Translations under genes and position numbers: made by a program
NCBI GenBank assembly: GCA_965116925.1
Contig: OZ220744.1
Coordinates: forward strand, 2,304,001 to 2,368,000
Length of the DNA stretch: 64,000 nt
Reading direction: 5' to 3'
From: Candidatus Poribacteria bacterium
GTDB lineage: Bacteria > Poribacteria > WGA-4E > PCPOR2b
Part shown: piece after piece, positions 53,815 to 61,523 of the stretch
Position numbering within the stretch: position 1 is the stretch's first letter
Layout of the letters: every line of letters begins with the position of its first letter
The notes under the pieces: model-generated
Database searches by the model: none
Told to the model about the DNA's origin: nothing
The model's input: only the letters and a program-made list of their open reading frames with translations

Positions 53815-55309
53815 GTTCGCGCCATTCGGGATCGTTTTGGTAGTATTCGACCATCCGCTTTGCTTGTTCCCTCAGTAGGCTGCGCCTCGAATCTGTTGGT
53901 AGTTCTAAAAAAGCACGACGTTCAAGAAGCGATTGAGGTGAAGGAATTTCTAGGGTAGTATTAAGCAATTGGTCAGCTTCTCGCGCTTCTATTACTCCTT
54001 CGGAAAGCGCACGAAACACCTGCTGATGAAATCGCTCTGGTTTTTCGGAAGGTATCTCAATCGGTTCCCGTTTTTTCCAACCCAATTTGTTAATGTCCAT
54101 CCACCACCGCTTATAATGAGAGGTATTAATAATTCGCAAATCCTTCAACCGATAAAGAATTGCTTGAATACTCATTCCGTAACGCCGCTTGAGGTACAAA
54201 AGTTCCTCTAGTTGAATATGGCTTCGCTTCTCACCAACTTCCCGGCGCAAGTGCTCGGCCGGCGCGAGGAAAGCAGCACCGAATCGGAAAGCAGCTTTTT
54301 CTTCATTAATACTTTCACTCAATTTTAGGATCAGATGTCCAAGTTCGTGTACCATGTTGAGTCGATGCCGGTCTCCCGGGGTGTCTCGGCGCGTTGCGAC
54401 TGCTGCCGCCAGCACATTTTTGTCGTTATCTCGCACCACAGCAGAGATGCCATCAAAAGTTTCACTGGCATCAACCTCAATGATGTGGATGAAGTGATCT
54501 TCAAGCACACTCACAAGGTTTGCAATTGGATCAATGCCAAGGTTCCATTGCTGGCGAAGCGCGAGGGCTGCACCTTCGGCGTCTCCCAGTTTGTGGACAG
54601 GGAAACCTTGAATCGGGAGTTCAAGGCTGCTCCGTTCACCCATTCGCTCCAGTAGGGAGATCCGTTTCTCTAACACCTCAGCGACAAAACTCTGTAGCTG
54701 TTCCTGTTCTTTCTTACGCATGCGAGCTCGCTTCCGATAGGCAACCCATTCCACCTGATAAGTTGATTCGCCCCACAATTGAGCAGATTTAATTCCCAAT
54801 GCAGCAGCGATTCGATTGAGTGTCATCACCTTGGGTTGCATCTTTCCGCGTTCATATTTTGAAAGTGCTTGCTTGCTAACCAGTCCATCAATAGCAGCCT
54901 CTAGGTCGTCAAGCGACATGCCACGGGCAAGTCTAAATCGCTTCAGCCGTTCACCCACCATGATTGCAGTATCTCTTTGTTCAGTTGTAGGATCTTCTTT
55001 TCTGATGTCCATTGAAGACGATTTCTTGCGTGTCGAGGATTTCAGGATTTTACCGGAAGCCTCCATCACTCCAATTGTTGTGTCTTTGTAGTGCTCCAAA
55101 GCCGCCTCAGTGGCTTTGGCGTCCACCCCAACCACGTAAACAGGACCTCTGTATCCTCTAAGCTGCTGGGCGGCATTTGTAACAGTGTCGGCTGTCTCTA
55201 CCTCAATGATTTGATGAGGCGTTTTAATATCTGGACCTGGGCCCTGATTATAAGAAACGCCTTCCCGAGCCGCGATAAGTTTGGCAGTTTTGTCATGTTT
55301 GGTTGGCAT
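53777..55309 (-). CDS. Multidomain protein: small PD-(D/E)xK-like N-terminus + XRE HTH + ImmA/IrrE metallopeptidase + antitoxin-like tail
   Basis: 'GERLKRFR...MSLDDL...SKQALSKYERG', HExxH 'HELGH', 'YGMSIQAILYRL'; N- and C-terminal calls are weaker. Confidence 0.75.
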   Translation of the reverse strand: MPTKHDKTAKLIAAREGVSYNQGPGPDIKTPHQIIEVETADTVTNAAQQLRGYRGPVYVVGVDAKATEAALEHYKDTTIGVMEASGKILKSSTRKKSSSMDIRKEDPTTEQRDTAIMVGERLKRFRLARGMSLDDLEAAIDGLVSKQALSKYERGKMQPKVMTLNRIAAALGIKSAQLWGESTYQVEWVAYRKRARMRKKEQEQLQSFVAEVLEKRISLLERMGERSSLELPIQGFPVHKLGDAEGAALALRQQWNLGIDPIANLVSVLEDHFIHIIEVDASETFDGISAVVRDNDKNVLAAAVATRRDTPGDRHRLNMVHELGHLILKLSESINEEKAAFRFGAAFLAPAEHLRREVGEKRSHIQLEELLYLKRRYGMSIQAILYRLKDLRIINTSHYKRWWMDINKLGWKKREPIEIPSEKPERFHQQVFRALSEGVIEAREADQLLNTTLEIPSPQSLLERRAFLELPTDSRRSLLREQAKRMVEYYQNDPEWRELEGGDLVEYKST

Positions 55310-55338
55310 TATTTTGTCCTCACATGGTATTCAATGAA

Positions 55339-55469
55339 GAATTGAGTTTACAAACAGCCCTCAAATCTGCCTAATTATGAATCAAACGGATTAATTTTTC
55401 AAGGGAAAAAAAACTAAGGAGAAGAGGGATTTCTTGCACAGTCAAAGTGGGGCAAGGAGGAGGATGCTA
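55339..55469 (-). promoter_or_regulatory. Promoter module copy 1 (TTGAAA-17-CATAAT)
   Basis: Homologous to 58555-58667. Confidence 0.6.
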
Positions 55470-55592
55470 GAGAGGCAGTAGGTAACTATTGAATTGAGTT
55501 CAAAAATCAACCGTCGTCATTAGTGTCACATAGATTATCTTTGATATGAGACTTCTGTGGGAGTTGGAAAAGATTTTTCATCAATAGGATCT

Positions 55593-56504
55593 TTATCTTA
55601 GCCGGTCTAATCTTTTTTTTAATTCTGACCGATTAAAGCCTTTTATTCTAAACACCCAATCGACGATCTTCTCTTTAAACAGATTAAGGATTTTTATTTT
55701 ATCTAGCATAATCCCCATCAATCCAACAATTAGGATTCCTATTAGAGGAACAAAAATCTGAATAACACCAATAATTGGTTCTGCTTCAGTCCATTTTCTG
55801 ATGATTAAGGGGACCAACCAATAAGATATAGAACCGAAAAGAAGAACGCTCACCACCATTATGGTGATTTTGACACGGCGTTCAGTTCTTTCTATGAAAC
55901 GAACAAAAGCATCTCTTATATAACCGATGGCTTCCACTTGATGAACAATCGGATAATCCACCAATGCTTTTGAGTACGCTTGTTCGATTACATAAAAATC
56001 CCTCAAATCTGATGTTTCTAGCAAGGCGTGCAGTAAAAGAGGTTGCCATTCTTCCTGTGGAAATTCGCCCTTGTAAAGATCTAACGCGACTTTGTCAATG
56101 GATCTCTGGGGTTGCGGTGGATTAGAAGAGATATCTGGAAACAAGCGGTTGAGAATATAAAAATCCCTTGTTGAATGATTCTGGCAATATGATTTTAGAT
56201 TTCCCCTTTCTAGTTCAACATTATCTATCGCCATTGCGGATAGGTCAATTAAATTCTTCGTGTAGTGCATCCCGCTTATTGGTCGCTTTCTCCTTTGTGC
56301 TTCTATCAAGTTTGTTAAGTCTTCTTTCGACGGAATACCAGTGCAGAAAATTGAAAGGCAAATTTTTTCAATCTCAGCCAAATCGCCTTCTGTTGGATAA
56401 TTCAAAGGTTTCCTCACTAAAAATCCATAAAACGCTCGTTCCTTTAAGCTGGACTTATCAAGAAGAATCTGCTGTTGTTTTCTTAATTCATCAGTGATGG
56501 GCAT
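55593..56504 (-). CDS. Argonaute-associated protein with two C-terminal TM helices (putative effector)
   Basis: ATG 1 nt after the ago stop (TAAGATG); hydrophobic 'ITIMVVSVLLFGSISYWLVPLII' and 'IIGVIQIFVPLIGILIVGLMGIML'. Confidence 0.75.
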   Translation of the reverse strand: MPITDELRKQQQILLDKSSLKERAFYGFLVRKPLNYPTEGDLAEIEKICLSIFCTGIPSKEDLTNLIEAQRRKRPISGMHYTKNLIDLSAMAIDNVELERGNLKSYCQNHSTRDFYILNRLFPDISSNPPQPQRSIDKVALDLYKGEFPQEEWQPLLLHALLETSDLRDFYVIEQAYSKALVDYPIVHQVEAIGYIRDAFVRFIERTERRVKITIMVVSVLLFGSISYWLVPLIIRKWTEAEPIIGVIQIFVPLIGILIVGLMGIMLDKIKILNLFKEKIVDWVFRIKGFNRSELKKRLDRLR

Positions 56505-56505
56505 C

Positions 56506-58533
56506 TTATATGAACCAAAGTTTATCATTTAATTTATCCAGAATCGCATAGTCCCAATCGGGTACTTTTTTAAGTTCATATACCATTTTCGCCATGAGGT
56601 TTGGATATTTTATGGTAACAGGTTTACTAGCAGGAATAAATGAACGGTAAGAAAGGTGAGTAAAATAAAGTACTTGTCTCGTGATTTCGTAAATGTCCCT
56701 GTATTCTGACCTTTTATCCAATCGTACCTGTATTGGAACAACAGAACGACCTCCCAAGTGAAGCAGTGCTTGTCGATATGACAACTGAATAAACGTTCCG
56801 CGAGCCGGTGCGTGGCGTCCTTGATTCGCGAAAATTCTGAAGTTGTGATTGTAGCTGAGATGCACCAGACTATATTGAATATCATACGCCTTAAAATGTT
56901 TGAGGGCATTACTAACAGCTTCCAATTCATACTCCCTGCCCGCCTCCTTAAATAAGTGAAATATAAGTCGAACCCTATCTCCTTCTGATAAACCTTGCTT
57001 ATCGAAAGCTTGCACCAGAGTATCTATAAGATACCTTTCAAGATTTTTTGCATATTCGCCCATTGTGCTTAATTGGCTACAATCTCCAACAAGATACGTA
57101 CCATTATAATCAAAAACGTTGGCAAAACCGATAATCCATTCTCCACTATCGTCAGTCGTGGACCCGACTCCTATAATGAGCTCAGAGATATCTTTTTGAG
57201 ATTTCTCTATTGTCCACGCTGTACCCCCGAGTTTAGAATAGACATTGAGAGCAAAATCATTGTTTATAATATCATCATTTTTTCTAAGAACCTCTATTGT
57301 TAGATCTTGAGTTGGTAGTCGTTGGTTCAATAACTTCGCTTTTGTCAAATAATAGGGGGACCGAAGCGTATCAATTTCCTTGTCCTGCTGAGAGAGAAGG
57401 ATGATAGCCAAATTATAATCATTGGCATCTATCTTATCTAAAACGTCAAGGTAAGTTTCTTGCGATTTCACTGTTTTCAGATGAAATTTAACATTCTTTA
57501 AATGGAACAAATCTCGCAATTTATTACCCAATGTCACGATATATTCTTCGATGCTTCCTTCATATTCATCAGGAGAGACAACAAGAATATTCAACCTTTC
57601 ATTGCTAAAAAGATCGAGTGAATACGGACCCAATTCGGATACAACCTCGTTGTAATATCCCGGTCTACTCCTTTCATTGTAATAAAAGTACTTGGGTTTC
57701 CGGATACATGTTGAATTAAAAGAGGCACTTGGCAGGTTAACAAGTATGAAGTTTGAGATTTCCAGTCCGTTTGGAATATAAAGCTTTGATGCAACTTTGT
57801 TGAAGTTCTCAGCACACTTTTTAAGATATTCAAATTCATTACTTGACGATTCTATTCGGTCAAGGTATTTTTCGTAATCTTGCTGCAGTCCTGTCGATTC
57901 TAAGTATCTATAGAGATTATGAGCTGAAGCGACAATTTCTCCTTTATCATTTCGCGTCAACCCACGGGTATCTGTTAAATGACTCGTTATTACTTCTTCA
58001 CTACCAGTAAAAATTGGTTTCATGCGTCTTCTAACAGTTAAAGCAATAACTTGTCTTTTTTCCAGTTTGGAGTAAAGGTTCCTAAGAGAAAATACTAAAG
58101 TTGGCTGCAGAGATAAAGCTCCAAATTGCCTCCGTTTCTCGCTCTTTGATTCGACTTCCCAAGTCGAAGAGTGTTTTTGCCAAAAAACTCGATAATCATT
58201 GCTTCTGAAAAACGTCACAATAGCAAACTCTACGATTTTTGTGAAAATCGGAGCATGTTCTTTAATAGTTATTGTGGCTTCCTCAAAAATGCCAGGCAAT
58301 GATTCGCTAGTTGGCTGAATTTTCCAGATGTATAAGTCACCAGCAGATCTGTAGATGAAGAAATCCGGGTGCTTCTTATACTTAGTGTACAGATCATCTG
58401 AATACGCTGCCTTTAGCAAAGACAGCTTATCTTTATTGAAAACCGTCTCTAAAAAATTGAGCGTCAATCCCTGTCCTATTGGCATAGATTCTTGGGGAAT
58501 ACGGCGGGCAGCTGTGTTATATTTCGTTGACAT
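56506..58533 (-). CDS. Long-B prokaryotic Argonaute, catalytically inactive PIWI
   Basis: MID 'YYLTK...PTQ...NVYSKLGG..W'; PIWI 'ELIIGVG', 'RLIFH.FK', 'RGT', 'QVLYFTHLSYRS...PVTIKYP'; DEDX aspartates absent. Confidence 0.88.
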   Translation of the reverse strand: MSTKYNTAARRIPQESMPIGQGLTLNFLETVFNKDKLSLLKAAYSDDLYTKYKKHPDFFIYRSAGDLYIWKIQPTSESLPGIFEEATITIKEHAPIFTKIVEFAIVTFFRSNDYRVFWQKHSSTWEVESKSEKRRQFGALSLQPTLVFSLRNLYSKLEKRQVIALTVRRRMKPIFTGSEEVITSHLTDTRGLTRNDKGEIVASAHNLYRYLESTGLQQDYEKYLDRIESSSNEFEYLKKCAENFNKVASKLYIPNGLEISNFILVNLPSASFNSTCIRKPKYFYYNERSRPGYYNEVVSELGPYSLDLFSNERLNILVVSPDEYEGSIEEYIVTLGNKLRDLFHLKNVKFHLKTVKSQETYLDVLDKIDANDYNLAIILLSQQDKEIDTLRSPYYLTKAKLLNQRLPTQDLTIEVLRKNDDIINNDFALNVYSKLGGTAWTIEKSQKDISELIIGVGSTTDDSGEWIIGFANVFDYNGTYLVGDCSQLSTMGEYAKNLERYLIDTLVQAFDKQGLSEGDRVRLIFHLFKEAGREYELEAVSNALKHFKAYDIQYSLVHLSYNHNFRIFANQGRHAPARGTFIQLSYRQALLHLGGRSVVPIQVRLDKRSEYRDIYEITRQVLYFTHLSYRSFIPASKPVTIKYPNLMAKMVYELKKVPDWDYAILDKLNDKLWFI

Positions 58534-58554
58534 TTTCCTACTCCTTAATAATAT

Positions 58555-58667
58555 GAATTTGGTTTACAAAAATTTGAGAAAATCGCCATATTATAAACCA
58601 AACAAATTAATTTAGCAAGGAAAAAAGGATCTGCTGCAAAATTAAAGTAGGAATAGGAGGGATACTA
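58555..58667 (-). promoter_or_regulatory. Promoter module copy 2 (TTGCTA-17-TATAAT at 58618-58590)
   Basis: Consensus-like promoter with AAATTAATTT palindrome at the start of the spacer; homologous to 55339-55469. Confidence 0.65.
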
Positions 58668-58785
58668 CTGGAGTTCAGGCTGAATTCTGCGTAACGATTT
58701 ACAAATCAGTTACTACAAAGAAGGGGCTGCGTTTCCACGGAATAGGTTTTTCTATCTTGAGAGGAGGTATCAGTAAGGTATTTGA

Positions 58786-58808
58786 CGGGCGGGAAACCCC
58801 GCCCCTAC
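58786..58808 (-). repeat. GTAG REP-like hairpin
   Basis: GGGCGGGAAACCCCGCCCCTAC. Confidence 0.6.
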
Positions 58809-58926
58809 AGGAAGGATAACCGATGGATTTTCAATAAGTAGCAACTCGGGTTTGCATAACAATCTTGATTTAGACACTGGTTTAAATATCCAATGGCATT
58901 ACACTTCTTCCCTTCAATCCGGCGAT

Positions 58927-61146
58927 TTAGGAAGCATCGCCATAAAATGACTGATTTAACGTCTTATCTTCCTCACTGACACCAAAATCCCCGTCCTCTA
59001 TCTCAGAAAGGTTTACATACAATTGGTTCTTATCCAATAGTTTCGCTAGACATTTCTTCTGTTTGTCTATCCCGTTTTCATCTTGACCGATTTCGATGAA
59101 ATCCTCCACCGCATCTTCCGGGACTTCCGGATTCACGTACCAGTTTAGGAATGAGTTTTCAGCGATGTCCCACCAGATTGCGACAAGTTCTTCAGAGGAT
59201 TGAGCGACTTTGATTTTGTCCATAAAGGCTTGATTGTATGGCATCAGTTCGCAATAGATGAAATCGCCGCCGCCCTGATAGTTGACGGATTTGGAGATCC
59301 CGCCGGTGTCGTAGTCAATTTCTTCGATTGGCTTTCCCTCTGCCTTAACTTTTTTGCCGACAGCTTTTTTGAGCCTCCCCATTGTGATGGTTTCCGTGTA
59401 ATCCATCTGTTCAATCGTAATCCATTGTCGGTTCATCTTGTGGGCAACCGCGGCGGTGGTAGCAGAACCTGCGAAGAAGTCGATAACAAGGTCTCCCTCA
59501 ATTGTTGACATTTCTATAATGCGCTTAATTGTTTCTTCAGGTTTCGGGTTGTCAAAGGTTTTGCCATCAAACAACCGTTTCAAGTGTAAAGTTCCCCTTT
59601 CGGAGTTAACTTCTTTATCCCACCATACAGAACGAGCCATACGAGAAGTACCTCGATATTTTTCAACTATTTGATAACGATTCTTCTCTTGCATCGCTTT
59701 GCCACAGATATTGGTATTGAGGTTTTGTTGCGATTTCTCCTTACCCCAACGCCAAACGGTTTGTACGCCCTGAGACTTTGCCGGCAATACTTCGACGAAT
59801 CCTTGATTTTTTTCTAAAGCAATTTCAAAAAAACCATTCTTATCCTGATTCTTCGGATTAAGATAAAAAGGATATACGAGATTTGGACGATTTTTATCAT
59901 TGAACTTTATATTTCTGTTCCGAAGTTCTCTTATCTCAAACCCCCCCCCTTCATCTTCATAAGGAAAGGTTTTATCTTTGTCTTCAATTGGATAAATTTT
60001 ATAGCTATTTGACCTTGAAAAAACATTAATGAATTCGTGCATGTTTGCCACTCCACCATAATCCCTGCCACGAGGATTATTGACTACAGTGATTACCTCA
60101 ATAAAATTTTCATTACCGAGTACCTCGTCCATCAAAACTTTGAGGTACGCTTGCTCGTTATCATCACATTGAACAAAAATAACCCCGTCGTCCCGTAACA
60201 ATTCTCTCGCTACTTCTAACCGATTTTTCATAAACGTCAGCCATGAGGAATGATTAAAGCTATCGTTATAGCCGAAACTATCGCTTCCTGTGTTATACGG
60301 TGGGTCAATGTAAATCAGTTTGACCTTTCCGCGAAACTGGGTTTTCAGAGTGTGCAATGCCAGTAGGTTGTTCCCTTTGATAAGCAAGTTTTCCCGAATT
60401 ACGCCGTTACCATCCCGCTTAATCTCTGTCACCTTCCCCTCACCGTCAGTCGTGTAGCGTTTCCAACCAGTCAACACTTTTGGGTCAAAGAGGCGGTCAA
60501 TCTCGTCTTGCGCTAGGATTTCATTAAAAAATATTTCTTGGCGCTTCTCCTCCTCCTTTGTTTGTCCACCTTCTAGTACACAGTCTTTGTAGGGCCAAAC
60601 CAGAGAAACTTCACCCCGTTCAGGCAGAAATTTGTCCTCAACCTTCAAGCCGATTTTGTTGCGGAAGCGGGTGTAGGAATTGGCGAGGAAGTTTTTGTCG
60701 GAGATGTAGTCAATGAAGGTATTGGTGTTGAAGATATAGTGCCCTTCGATCTCGTCAAAGAATTTTGCCTTCATGTCCGCATCACCCAGCAGCAGCCTCA
60801 CGAAGTCATGGTCAATCTTCCACGCCCGATCTATCACCGCCGCCTTGACTAGCTCGCTTTCGTTGTCAATGAAGCGGCGATCAGTTTTGAGGATGTTGGT
60901 TAATTTTTCGTGAAAAGGCTTTGGCGTGTTAGCATGGCTTTTTCCGGAGGTCGCTGAAGGCAGTGTACTGCCATCTTGTTGATATAGTTCGACGGTCTCC
61001 TCAACAATGCGGCATAGCTCTGAGAAAACCTCTTGTTCATTATCCCCGTGACAGCCACCATAAAAGAGTCCGGGACAACTGCCAACATAGCATTGGTCTT
61101 CATCAGACCATTCGACAATTTTGACGTAACGGTTGCTTGTATTCAT
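58927..61146 (-). CDS. mod: Type III R-M methyltransferase Mod with in-frame N-terminal HicB-like antitoxin domain
   Basis: aa 1-~72 'YVKIVEWSDEDQCYVGSCPGL...CHGD....LP'; then 'NLLIKGNNL', 'IYIDPPY', 'PKPE', 'DFFAGSATT'. Confidence 0.88.
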   Translation of the reverse strand: MNTSNRYVKIVEWSDEDQCYVGSCPGLFYGGCHGDNEQEVFSELCRIVEETVELYQQDGSTLPSATSGKSHANTPKPFHEKLTNILKTDRRFIDNESELVKAAVIDRAWKIDHDFVRLLLGDADMKAKFFDEIEGHYIFNTNTFIDYISDKNFLANSYTRFRNKIGLKVEDKFLPERGEVSLVWPYKDCVLEGGQTKEEEKRQEIFFNEILAQDEIDRLFDPKVLTGWKRYTTDGEGKVTEIKRDGNGVIRENLLIKGNNLLALHTLKTQFRGKVKLIYIDPPYNTGSDSFGYNDSFNHSSWLTFMKNRLEVARELLRDDGVIFVQCDDNEQAYLKVLMDEVLGNENFIEVITVVNNPRGRDYGGVANMHEFINVFSRSNSYKIYPIEDKDKTFPYEDEGGGFEIRELRNRNIKFNDKNRPNLVYPFYLNPKNQDKNGFFEIALEKNQGFVEVLPAKSQGVQTVWRWGKEKSQQNLNTNICGKAMQEKNRYQIVEKYRGTSRMARSVWWDKEVNSERGTLHLKRLFDGKTFDNPKPEETIKRIIEMSTIEGDLVIDFFAGSATTAAVAHKMNRQWITIEQMDYTETITMGRLKKAVGKKVKAEGKPIEEIDYDTGGISKSVNYQGGGDFIYCELMPYNQAFMDKIKVAQSSEELVAIWWDIAENSFLNWYVNPEVPEDAVEDFIEIGQDENGIDKQKKCLAKLLDKNQLYVNLSEIEDGDFGVSEEDKTLNQSFYGDAS

Positions 61147-61340
61147 TTTTTCGATTCCTCAATAGCGGCTTTGACAGCTTTTTCCTGATAGTGCTTTGCG
61201 TCAGCACGGAGTTGGCCTGAGAGTATCACAGATTTAGGAACTTTCGGATGGACAAATTTCCGATGACTCCCTTTTCCGCCACGGTTTACAAATCCAGCAG
61301 TTTCAAGGTCTTTGGTGAGCTCTCTTATCTTACGTGGCAT
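61143..61340 (-). CDS. hicA: HicA family toxin
   Basis: 'L..AGF....GKGSHRKF.HP'; 4-nt overlap (ATGA) with the HicB::Mod gene. Confidence 0.9.
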   Translation of the reverse strand: MPRKIRELTKDLETAGFVNRGGKGSHRKFVHPKVPKSVILSGQLRADAKHYQEKAVKAAIEESKK

Positions 61341-61385
61341 CTGCTATCTGTGCTTGTCTGTAAGTTCATTGGTTTGTTAGTGAGC

Positions 61386-61523
61386 GTTGGGTTTCACTCT
61401 GGTTATCTGTAAGCGATGTTGTTGAAAAGTAAAAACTTTACTGTTCTTGATAGCGAGACACTTTCAACCGTTCAACCTAACCTACAATACTTGAGGTTAC
61501 GGCATACAGAGTATGCCTACTAC
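61386..61523 (-). repeat. Interrupted REP-like element (GTTGGGTTTCACT...GTTCAACCTAACCTAC) plus CGGCATAC..GTATGCCTACTAC hairpin
   Basis: Two complementary arms separated by ~70 nt; second hairpin matches 39555-39578. Confidence 0.5.

Noticed and set aside
56506..58533. Active slicer (long-A) or short pAgo with APAZ partner
   Set aside because: Catalytic aspartates absent; length includes an N-terminal lobe; no SIR2/TIR-APAZ gene adjacent
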